Below, in pieces: positions 49,442-57,961 of a DNA stretch of 64,000 bases. Position 1 is the first letter of the stretch; every line of letters begins with the position of its first letter. The notes below the pieces were generated by a model. It was not told where the DNA came from, did not search any database, and saw nothing but the letters and a program-made list of their open reading frames with translations. The translations under genes and the position numbers were made by a program. Source of the stretch: an uncultured Alphaproteobacteria bacterium (lineage in GTDB: Bacteria; Pseudomonadota; Alphaproteobacteria; Acetobacterales; Acetobacteraceae); assembly GCA_963780095.1 (NCBI GenBank), contig CAWABH010000053.1, positions 60,273 to 124,272 of the forward strand, read 5' to 3'.

Positions 49442-50497
49442 TCAGCCCGTGACTGCGCGCAGGCGCGGCGCGGTTGCCGTGCAAAGCTCCTCGTAGAGGT
49501 CGAGATAGTCCTCGGCCATGCGCCGTGCGGTGAATCGAAGCTCGAACTGCCGGCGCACCAGATCGCGGTCCAATTCGCCCAACCGGTCGACAGCGGCGAT
49601 GGCGGTCATCTCGTCGTGCACGATGAATCCGGTCAGCTGGTCGTCGATCACTTCGGGCACCGAGCCGCGGTTGAACGCGATCACCGGCGTGCCGCAGGCC
49701 ATCGCCTCGATCATCACGAGCCCGAACGGTTCCGGCCAGTCGATCGGGAACAGCAGCGCATGGGCACCCGACAGAAATGCGGGCTTTTGGCTGTCGTTGA
49801 TCTCACCGATGAATTCGACCCACGGGCTGGCGTCGATCAGTGGCTTTATCTCGTTGTCGTAGTACTTTCTATCGGCGTTATCGACCTTCGCGGCGATCAT
49901 CAGCTTCATGCCGGCGGCGCCTGCGATGCGGATCGCCTTGTCCACACCCTTTTCCGGCGAGATGCGGCCGAGAAAAGCCAGGTATTGCTGCTTCACAGGC
50001 TGCGGTGTGAGCAGACCCGCCGGCATGCCGTGATACACCGTGCGGATCCAACTGAGGCGCGGTATCGGCCGGCGCTGGCTATCCGAGATCGATACCAAAG
50101 GCGTGTCGAACAGTTCGTAGATACCCTTGAATTCCGGGATGTCGAGCCGGCCGTGCAGCGTTGTGAGGAACGGCGTTCGCTGGCGGCTGAACAGCGACAG
50201 CGGGAAGTAGTCAGTATGGAAATGCAGCACGTCGAACTCATTTGCGCGGCGATAGATCAGCTCCATCATCCGCATGTAGATGGCGATCCAGTCGATGACC
50301 GTCGGATCGAGCCGCAGCGCCCGGTCGCGCATCGGCGCCAGCGTCGCTGACGTGATTGAATCACCACTGGCGAACAGGGTCACGTCATGACCCATCGCGA
50401 CCAGTTCCTCGGTGAGGGAATAGACAACGCGTTCGGTACCACCGTACAACTTTGGCGGCACCGCTTCGAAAAGCGGAGAAATTTGAGCAATGCGCAT
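49442..50497 (-). CDS. glycosyltransferase family 4 (GT-B)
   Basis: MRIAQISPLFEAVPPKLYGGTERVV N-terminus and EPFGLVMIEAMACGTPVIA (E-x7-E region). Confidence 0.85.
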   Translation of the reverse strand: MRIAQISPLFEAVPPKLYGGTERVVYSLTEELVAMGHDVTLFASGDSITSATLAPMRDRALRLDPTVIDWIAIYMRMMELIYRRANEFDVLHFHTDYFPLSLFSRQRTPFLTTLHGRLDIPEFKGIYELFDTPLVSISDSQRRPIPRLSWIRTVYHGMPAGLLTPQPVKQQYLAFLGRISPEKGVDKAIRIAGAAGMKLMIAAKVDNADRKYYDNEIKPLIDASPWVEFIGEINDSQKPAFLSGAHALLFPIDWPEPFGLVMIEAMACGTPVIAFNRGSVPEVIDDQLTGFIVHDEMTAIAAVDRLGELDRDLVRRQFELRFTARRMAEDYLDLYEELCTATAPRLRAVTG

Positions 50498-50640
50498 GAC
50501 AACAGGCCCCGACTTATATTTACGTCCAACAGTATTCAGCGCTGCTTTTCTGACGCTTGACTTTGCACAGGGCCCGCGCTTATCAATTACTCGTTATAGA
50601 TAGGGAATGTGGCAAAAAATCGGCGGGTCCTCTGCCGAAA

Positions 50641-52464
50641 ATGGCCACCGGGCCGGGTGAAATGGTGGAGAATGCGGCGGAATTTGGGCAAGGCGCGGCC
50701 GAGCTGTCGCACCTGCGCGCGCGCCCGGCAGGGTTCCTTTGGCGGTACGTGCGGCTGCATCCCTGGGGTCACGCGATCGTTTTCGTTTCAGTGCTGGTGG
50801 CCGTCACCTGTGCCGTCTCCGCACAGTACGGGCTCAAGCATCTGATCGACATCGTCGCCGCCGGCCCGACCATGGACGGCCGCGTCTGGTGGGCCTTCGC
50901 CTTGCTGTGCTCGCTCGTCGCCGCCGACAATCTGCTGTGGCGCGTCGCCGGCTGGGCAGCCGCCTATACATTTGTGGCGGTCACCGGCGATATCAGGCGT
51001 GACCTGTTCGCTCATCTCTCCGGTCACTCGCCGAGCTATTTCGCCGAGCGTCTGCCGGGTGCTCTGGCGAGCCGCATCACCGCCACGTCCAATGCCGCGT
51101 TCACCACCGAGAACACCGGGTCCTGGAACGTTCTGCCGCCCTGCGTCGGGGTGGCCTGCGCCATCATCTTCATCAGCTTCGTGAACCTGATGATGGCGGC
51201 CGCGCTGGTCGCCTTCGCGGCCGGTCTCGGCGCGCTGATATTCCACCTCGCGCGTCGCGGGACGCCGTTGCACCGCAGCTTCGCATCCAAGGCAGCGGCG
51301 GTTGATGGCGAACTGGTCGACGTGATCGGCAACATGGGCGTGGTGCGCGCGTTCGGCGCCACGTTCCGCGAGCAGAAGCGTATCGGCGCCACGCTCGGCG
51401 TCGAGATGGGCGCGCGCCGCACCAGTCTGCTTTACCTGGAGAGGCTGCGCCTGATCCACGCCGTGATCACCGCGGGTTTGATCGCCGGTGTGGTCGCCTG
51501 GGGCATCCTGTTGTGGCAGCAGGGCCAGGCCACGGTGGGCGATCTGGTGCTGATCACCGCGCTCTCGCTCGGCATCCTGCATTCCACGCGCGATCTCGCC
51601 GTGGCCCTGGTCGATCTGACCCAGCACATCGCCCGGCTGGAGGAAGCGATCGGTTCGCTGCTGACCGAGCATGAGCTCCCCGACCGGCCCGATGCCAGGC
51701 TGCTGCTGCCGGGCCCCGGCGAGGTGACATTCGAGCAGGTCCGCTTCGCCTACCCCGGACGCGCATCGGTGCTGCGCGAATTCGACCTGACGATCGAGCC
51801 GGGACAGCGTGTCGGCCTGGTGGGCTATTCGGGCGCCGGCAAGTCCACCGTGCTGGCGCTGCTGCAGCGCTTCTACGACATCGAGGGCGGGCGCATCCTG
51901 ATCGACGGACAGGACATTCGCGACGTGACGCAGGAGAGTTTGCGCGCCACCATGGCGATCGTGCCGCAGGACATCAGCCTGTTCCATCGCACGGTGCTCG
52001 AGAACATTCGATACGCGCGCCCCGATGCGCCGGAGGAGGAAGTGCTGGCCGCCGCCGAGATGGCGCATTGCCGCGAGTTCATCGAGGCGCTGCCCGATGG
52101 CTTTGCCACCATGGTCGGCGATCGCGGCGTGAAGCTGTCGGGCGGACAGCGTCAGCGCCTGGCAATTGCCCGCGCCCTGCTGAAGGACGCGCCGATCCTG
52201 CTGTTGGATGAAGCCACCAGCGCGCTGGACAGCGAAAGCGAACAGGCGATCCAGGATGCGCTCGACCGGCTGATGCAGGGACGCACAGTGATTGCCATTG
52301 CGCATCGCCTGTCGACGCTGACGCGGTTCGACCGAATCATCGTGATGGATCACGGCCGCATTATCGATGATGGTCCCCCCGATGTGCTTGCATCGCGGCC
52401 AGGTCCGTATCGCAACCTGCTGCGCCGGCAGCAACTGCTGGAACCGATCCCGGAAGCGGCGTAG
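50641..52464 (+). CDS. ABC exporter, fused permease/ATPase (MsbA-like)
   Basis: Six TM helices followed by Walker A GYSGAGKST, signature LSGGQRQR and Walker B ILLLDEATSALD. The start is 50641 or 50662. Confidence 0.85.
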   Translation: MATGPGEMVENAAEFGQGAAELSHLRARPAGFLWRYVRLHPWGHAIVFVSVLVAVTCAVSAQYGLKHLIDIVAAGPTMDGRVWWAFALLCSLVAADNLLWRVAGWAAAYTFVAVTGDIRRDLFAHLSGHSPSYFAERLPGALASRITATSNAAFTTENTGSWNVLPPCVGVACAIIFISFVNLMMAAALVAFAAGLGALIFHLARRGTPLHRSFASKAAAVDGELVDVIGNMGVVRAFGATFREQKRIGATLGVEMGARRTSLLYLERLRLIHAVITAGLIAGVVAWGILLWQQGQATVGDLVLITALSLGILHSTRDLAVALVDLTQHIARLEEAIGSLLTEHELPDRPDARLLLPGPGEVTFEQVRFAYPGRASVLREFDLTIEPGQRVGLVGYSGAGKSTVLALLQRFYDIEGGRILIDGQDIRDVTQESLRATMAIVPQDISLFHRTVLENIRYARPDAPEEEVLAAAEMAHCREFIEALPDGFATMVGDRGVKLSGGQRQRLAIARALLKDAPILLLDEATSALDSESEQAIQDALDRLMQGRTVIAIAHRLSTLTRFDRIIVMDHGRIIDDGPPDVLASRPGPYRNLLRRQQLLEPIPEAA

Positions 52465-52564
52465 GCGAGCTTATTCCGGTTCGCCCCCTGCTTGCCGATC
52501 GCTGTTCCTGAGCGCGTTGTGAAACCTTGATGTTATGGTGGTCTGGCATCGAGAAAATGACCCT

Positions 52565-53362
52565 ATGTCCGCAACCGACCGTCTGGGGCTACTCGGCCCG
52601 ACACATAACATTCAGGGCGAGCTCGAGTTTGAGGGACCTGTCGCCACCAGCGGCCTGACCCTCTACGGCAAGTGCCGCATCGGCCGCTTCACATACTTCA
52701 ATTACGATTGCGAAATTTCGGACACGGATTTCGGCCGCTACTGCTCGGTCGGCCAGCGGTCCATTATCAACCCCGGCGAGCATCCGACAAACTGGCTTTC
52801 AACGCATCCATTCGTCGGCGACCCGTCGGGGGTATCATGTGGCATGGCCGGCGAGCCAGCCTATGCCGCAATAGCCGGTGCGGCACTCAGTGCCCCTCGG
52901 CCGACCGAGCGAGTGACGATCGGCCATGATGTGTGGCTGGGGGCCAACACGGTTTTGCTCTCAGGTGTGAGTATCGGCGACGGGGCGGTCATCGCAGCCG
53001 GGGCAGTGGTCAGCCGGGATGTCGCACCGTTCGCTATCGTCGGAGGCGTTCCAGCCCAGGTCCTCCGCTATCGCTTCCCGGCAGACATGATCAGACGCCT
53101 CGGGGAACTTCGCTGGTGGGACTACGATCTCGGTGCTGTTCGGGATGCAATCGACTATTCGGACATCGAACGGGCCGCTGCCATGCTTGAGGCAATGAAG
53201 GCGCGCGGCGAACTGCAGCGCGTCGAGGACCGCTTCGTACGCTTCCAACAACAGGTCGCGCGACAGACGCCCGCAGCCTCGGTCAACTTCGGCAGTGTGA
53301 GGTCCAATATGAAGCGGGCTGCCCGAAAATTGCGTGCCGCTCTGCAAGGATTGCGAACTTAA
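52565..53362 (+). CDS. hexapeptide-repeat (left-handed beta-helix) acyltransferase, CatB/VAT-like
   Basis: IGHDVWLGANTVLLSGVSIGDGAVIAAGAVVSRDVAPFAIVGGVPA hexapeptide repeats, plus an unusual roughly 90-aa helical C-terminal extension. Confidence 0.7.
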   Translation: MSATDRLGLLGPTHNIQGELEFEGPVATSGLTLYGKCRIGRFTYFNYDCEISDTDFGRYCSVGQRSIINPGEHPTNWLSTHPFVGDPSGVSCGMAGEPAYAAIAGAALSAPRPTERVTIGHDVWLGANTVLLSGVSIGDGAVIAAGAVVSRDVAPFAIVGGVPAQVLRYRFPADMIRRLGELRWWDYDLGAVRDAIDYSDIERAAAMLEAMKARGELQRVEDRFVRFQQQVARQTPAASVNFGSVRSNMKRAARKLRAALQGLRT

Positions 53363-53377
53363 GATCGAGGTCCAAAA

Positions 53378-54748
53378 ATGTCCCGTCTGGTTGTCGTCTC
53401 CAACCGGGTGGCGCCGATCACGGAGGGTGAACCGACGTCCGGCGGACTGGCGGCCGGGGTGCTCGACGCCCTGAAGCAGAACGGCGGCCTATGGTTCGGC
53501 TGGAGCGGCGAGATCACCGACGCCCCCGCATCCACGGCGACGGCCGAACGGACGGTGGGGCCGATCACGCTATTCACCGTGGATCTCTCGCGTCACGACT
53601 ACGACGAGTTCTATCGTGGCTTCGCCAACGGAACGCTGTGGCCGACGCTGCATTATCAGGTCGGCCACGCGCATTTCGACTGGGCCGAGTTCGCCGGCTA
53701 TCGCCGCGTGAACGAATTGTTCGCCCAGACACTCGCAAAGCTGGTGCGACCGGATGATCTGATCTGGGCGCACGACTATCATCTGCTCTGCCTGGCCGAG
53801 GCGCTGCGGGATGCGGGACTGCGCAACCGCGTCGGGCTGTTTCTGCACACGCCGTTCCCCGCTCCCGCGGTCTTCATGACCAATCCGGCGCACGCGGACC
53901 TGATCCGCGCGATGTGCCGGTTCGACCTGCTGGGCTTCCAGACCGAAATCGACCGCACCGCATTTGTCGACTACGTGCTGCGCGAGGCCGGTGGCACTGC
54001 ACTGGATGCGGAATGTTTGGGTGCCTTCGGCTGCACGGTGCAGACCGGGGTGTATCCGATCGGCGTTCATGTCGACGAGGTGCGCGAAGCGGCTGCGGCA
54101 CTGACCCACCGCCGTTATGCGTCGCGGCTGCGCGCCAGCCTGTTCGGACGGCCACTGATCCTCGGCGTTGATCGGCTGGACTATTCCAAGGGCCTGCGCC
54201 AGCGCTTCACCGCGTTCGAGCGGTTTCTGGAGCACCACCCACAGCATCATGGCGAGGTGGTGTTCATGCAGATCGCGCCGCCGTCGCGTGGCGATATCGA
54301 GACCTATCGCGAGATCCGTCGCGAGTTGGAAGCCGAGGCCGGACGGATCAACGGACGCTTCGCCGAGGTGGACTGGATGCCACTGCGCTACCTGAACCGC
54401 GGCTTCGCGCGCAACGCGCTGATGCCGCTCTACGCCGAGGCGCGGATTGGACTGGTGACACCGTTGCGCGACGGGATGAACCTGGTGGCGAAGGAATACG
54501 CTGCAGCACAGGATCCAGATGATCCGGGCGTTCTCGTGCTCTCGCAATTCGCCGGCGCGGCGCGCGAGCTGGACGCGGCGCTGATCGTCAACCCTTATGA
54601 CGAGACGGGGGTTGCCGCTGCCTTGGACCGTGGTCTGACGATGAATCGCGACGAACGGCGCGAGCGCCACGCTGCGATGCTCGCGGTGATGCGGCGCAAC
54701 AGTCTGGACGTTTGGCGCGACCGGTTCGTGGCAGATTTGCGCGGCTGA
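53378..54748 (+). CDS. otsA: alpha,alpha-trehalose-phosphate synthase (UDP-forming)
   Basis: [13 protein letters not shown]...GGLA..V...WFGWSG...HDYHL...[11 protein letters not shown]...[10 protein letters not shown]. Confidence 0.9.
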   Translation: MSRLVVVSNRVAPITEGEPTSGGLAAGVLDALKQNGGLWFGWSGEITDAPASTATAERTVGPITLFTVDLSRHDYDEFYRGFANGTLWPTLHYQVGHAHFDWAEFAGYRRVNELFAQTLAKLVRPDDLIWAHDYHLLCLAEALRDAGLRNRVGLFLHTPFPAPAVFMTNPAHADLIRAMCRFDLLGFQTEIDRTAFVDYVLREAGGTALDAECLGAFGCTVQTGVYPIGVHVDEVREAAAALTHRRYASRLRASLFGRPLILGVDRLDYSKGLRQRFTAFERFLEHHPQHHGEVVFMQIAPPSRGDIETYREIRRELEAEAGRINGRFAEVDWMPLRYLNRGFARNALMPLYAEARIGLVTPLRDGMNLVAKEYAAAQDPDDPGVLVLSQFAGAARELDAALIVNPYDETGVAAALDRGLTMNRDERRERHAAMLAVMRRNSLDVWRDRFVADLRG

Positions 54749-54749
54749 C

Positions 54750-54838
54750 GCCCTCCCCGACCCTCCCCCGCTTCGCGGGAGAGTGGGATAAAATGCGCCC
54801 CCTCTCCCGCGAAGCGGGGGAGGGTTGGGGAGGGGGCG
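54750..54838. repeat. REP-B palindromic element, copy 2
   Basis: GCCCTCCCCGACCCTCCCCCGCTTCGCGGGAGAG ... CCTCTCCCGCGAAGCGGGGGAGGGTTGGGGAGGGGGC. Confidence 0.85.
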
Positions 54839-54908
54839 CCGGACGATTAGCAACACTCGACGACCGGCCGCTATACTGCCTGGCAGCTTCAGACAGGAGC
54901 GTCGAACG

Positions 54909-55815
54909 ATGAGCATCAGCATCCGTCAGGTCCATCCGGTCTTTGTCGGCGAGGTGTCCGGCATCGACATCTCGCAGCCGCTCACGAAGGATCAGGTCGC
55001 TGCCATCGAGGCGGGCATGGACCGCCATGCCGTCCTGGTGTTCCGCGACCAGCCATTGACCGACGAACAGCAGCTCGTGTTCAGCCGCAATTTCGGCGAG
55101 CTGGAGGTCACGCTGGCCGGCCAGATGGCCAAGCCCGAGGACCGCCGGCTCGGCGACAGGCTGGAACTCGGCGACATCTCCAACCTCACGGCGCAGAACG
55201 AACTGCGCGCGCGTGACGACAGCCGCCGGATGTACGCGCTGGCCAATCGGCTATGGCACTCCGACGCATCGTTCCGCACAGTCGGCGCCGGCTATACGCT
55301 GCTGCACGGGCGCGTCATTCCGGGCAAGGGCGGCAATACCGAATTCGCCGACATGCGCGCCGCCTACGACGCGCTCGACGATACGACCAAGGTGGAGATC
55401 GAGGACCTGGTCACCGAACACTCGATCGTCTTCTCCCGCGAGCAGATAGGCTTTTCCGACTATGGCGAAGGGAACGCCGACAAGCTCCGTCCGGTGCGGC
55501 ACCGCCTGGTGATCACCCATCCGGTGAGCGGGCGCAAGTCGCTGTATCTGTCATCGCATATCGGCGGCATCGTCGGCTGGCCAATGCCGGAAGCGCGCGC
55601 CTTCATCCGCGACCTGATGGAGCATGCCACCCAGCCGGAATTCGTCTATGCGCATGAGTGGCGGGTGAACGATCTGGTGATGTGGGACAACCGCACTGTC
55701 ATGCACCGTGCGCGCCGCTTCGATGACATGCGGGAGGTGCGCGACCTGCGGCGCACGTCGATCAAGGGGACCGGACTCGACAGTGGAACTGGCACCGGTG
55801 CAGGCTGCGGAGTAA
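54909..55815 (+). CDS. TfdA/TauD-family Fe(II)/2-oxoglutarate dioxygenase, paralogue 1 (3' end reconstructed across a G-run at 55767-55770)
   Basis: MSISIRQVHPVFVGEVSGIDISQPL..WHSDASF..TEFADMRAAYDAL..MWDNRTVMHRA. As assembled it runs into paralogue 2 (630-aa ORF). Removing one G gives ..IKGPDSTVELAPVQAAE* with TAA 55813-55815, just before an RBS plus ATG 55821. Confidence 0.65.
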
Positions 55816-55820
55816 TCGCC

Positions 55821-56717
55821 ATGACGATCGGTATTCACCAGATCCATTCGGTGTTCGCGGGCGAGGTGTCCGGCGTGGACATCACACGTCCGATCGCGCG
55901 GGACGAGGTCGCGGCGATCGAGGCGGGCATGGACCGATACGCGGTCCTGGTGTTCCGCGACCAGCGCCTGACCGACGAGACGCAACTGGCGTTTACGCTG
56001 AACTTCGGCGACCTGGAGCATACGCGTGGCAACGCCATCACCAAGCCGGAGGAGATGCGTCTCGATCCGGCGTTCGCCGACGTGTCCAACCTCGACAAGA
56101 ACCATCGGCCGCTGGCGCGCGACAGCCGGCGCCGGCTGTATGCGTTGGGCAACCGGCTTTGGCACTCCGACAGTTCATTCCGGGCCGTCCCGGCGACGTA
56201 TTCGCTGCTGTCCGGCCGTATCGTCGTGGACAAGGGCGGTGAGACCGAGTTCGCCGATCTGCGCGCCGCCTATGACGCGCTGGATGCGGCGACCAAGGCC
56301 GAGGTCGAGGATCTCGTGTGCGAACACTCGCTGATGTTCTCGCGCGGGCAGTTGGGGTTCAGCGAATTTTCTGCTGATGAACGCGAGGCGATGCGGCCGG
56401 TGCGTCAGCGCCTGGTGCGTACGCATCCGGTGACCGGGCGGAAATCGCTGTTCCTGGCAGCGCATATCGGCACAATTGTCGGCTGGCCGACGCCGGAGGC
56501 GCGCGCCTTCATCCGCGACCTGATGGAGCACGCGACGCAGCCGCAGTTCGTCTATTCGCACAAGTGGCGGCAATGGGATCTGGTGATGTGGGACAACCGC
56601 CAGGTCATGCACCGCGTGCGCCGGTTCGACGATTCCAAGGTTCGCGATATGCGGCGCACCACGCGTCGGCGGCACGGTGATGACGGCGGAACAGGAAGAG
56701 CCCGCGCCGCCGAATGA
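55821..56717 (+). CDS. TfdA/TauD-family dioxygenase, paralogue 2
   Basis: MTIGIHQIHSVFAGEVSGVDITRPI... shows the same motif set. The last about 18 codons (RRRHGDDGGTGRARAAE) look out of frame relative to paralogue 3 (TTVGGTVMTAEQ.. in the +1 frame). Confidence 0.75.
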   Translation: MTIGIHQIHSVFAGEVSGVDITRPIARDEVAAIEAGMDRYAVLVFRDQRLTDETQLAFTLNFGDLEHTRGNAITKPEEMRLDPAFADVSNLDKNHRPLARDSRRRLYALGNRLWHSDSSFRAVPATYSLLSGRIVVDKGGETEFADLRAAYDALDAATKAEVEDLVCEHSLMFSRGQLGFSEFSADEREAMRPVRQRLVRTHPVTGRKSLFLAAHIGTIVGWPTPEARAFIRDLMEHATQPQFVYSHKWRQWDLVMWDNRQVMHRVRRFDDSKVRDMRRTTRRRHGDDGGTGRARAAE

Positions 56718-56736
56718 CATCGCGGGAGATGAAGCC

Positions 56737-57618
56737 GTGACCATCAGCATTGGACAGATCACACCGGTGTTCGCCGGTGAAGTCTCCGGCGTCGATATCA
56801 CGCAGCCGTTGTCGCGCGACGAGGCGGCGGCGATCGAGGCGGGCATGGACCGCTACGCCGTCCTGGTGTTCCACGACCAGCGCCTGACCGACGATGCGCA
56901 GCGGGCGTTCACGCGCAACTTCGGCACGCTGGAGGCATCGCCCGGCGGCAACATCACCAAACTGCACGAACGCCGCCTGCCGCTCGACATGCAGGACGCG
57001 TCCAATCTGGGCACGGATGAGCAACCGCTGGCACGCGACGACCGGCGGCGGATGTTCAACCTCGGCAACCGGTTGTGGCATTCGGATAGCTCGTATCGTG
57101 CTGTGCCGGCGAAGTATTCGCTGCTGTCCGGGCGGATCGTGGTGGACCACGGCGGCCATACCGAATTCGCCGACATGCGTGCCGCCTACGATGCGCTGGA
57201 CGATGACACGAAGGTCGAGATCGAAGACCTGGTCTGCGAACATTCGCTGATGTTCTCGCGCGGTTTGCTCGGCTTCACCGAACTGTCGGCGGAGGAGCGG
57301 GCGATGTTCAAGCCGGTGCGCCAGCGCCTGGTGCGCACGCATCCGGTGACCGGGCGCAAGTCGCTGTTCCTGTCGGCACATGGCGGCACCATCGTCGGCT
57401 GGCCGGTGCCGGAGGCGCGCGCCTTCCTGCGCGATCTGGTGGAGCATGCGACGCAGAAGCGTTTCGTCTATTCGCACAAGTGGCGGCAGTGGGATCTGGT
57501 GATCTGGGACAACCGCCAGACCATGCACCGGGTCACGCGGTTCGATGAGACGCAGGTGCGCGACATGCGCCGCACCACGGTCGCCGGCGATGCGATGACG
57601 GTGGCGCAGGCGGCTTAG
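56737..57618 (+). CDS. TfdA/TauD-family dioxygenase, paralogue 3
   Basis: GTG 56737 follows GGGAGA. (M)TISIGQITPVFAGEVSGVDITQPL...WHSDSSY...IWDNRQTMHRV...RRTTVAGDAMTVAQAA*. Confidence 0.8.
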   Translation: MTISIGQITPVFAGEVSGVDITQPLSRDEAAAIEAGMDRYAVLVFHDQRLTDDAQRAFTRNFGTLEASPGGNITKLHERRLPLDMQDASNLGTDEQPLARDDRRRMFNLGNRLWHSDSSYRAVPAKYSLLSGRIVVDHGGHTEFADMRAAYDALDDDTKVEIEDLVCEHSLMFSRGLLGFTELSAEERAMFKPVRQRLVRTHPVTGRKSLFLSAHGGTIVGWPVPEARAFLRDLVEHATQKRFVYSHKWRQWDLVIWDNRQTMHRVTRFDETQVRDMRRTTVAGDAMTVAQAA

Positions 57619-57622
57619 TCGC

Positions 57623-57943
57623 CTATGCCTCCTTGCCCCACGTCAGGGTCACCTTGAATTCGGCTTCTCCATCGCCGGACACGATCCACAGGTCGCACTC
57701 GCCGCTGATGGAGGCACGGAATTCCATCTCGACCTTTTCCGGCCGATGCGGCATTCGGCCGATCTTTTCCTCCATCATCGAAACAAGGTCACCGAGCGTT
57801 CCAAGTGCGGATTTGAAGCCATCGGCGGTGGCCTTGGCAACATCGCCAACCAGGGAGACCTCGGAGAGGCCGGTGACGGCTGCTCCGCGGCCGAGGATGA
57901 GTTTGTTGCCGTTGGCGAATTCCACTACCATCGGTGCGGCCAT
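57623..57943 (-). CDS. Trypco1-like (CU044_2847-family-like) trypsin-co-occurring small protein
   Basis: 106 aa. MAAPMVVEFANGNKLILG...FKSALGTLGDLVSMMEEKI...PEKVEMEFRASISGECDLWIVSGDGEAEFKVTLTWGKEA. AGGAGA RBS. The layout matches my recollection of the family and was not profile-searched. Confidence 0.6.
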   Translation of the reverse strand: MAAPMVVEFANGNKLILGRGAAVTGLSEVSLVGDVAKATADGFKSALGTLGDLVSMMEEKIGRMPHRPEKVEMEFRASISGECDLWIVSGDGEAEFKVTLTWGKEA

Positions 57944-57961
57944 CCTGTTCTCCTGTGTGTC

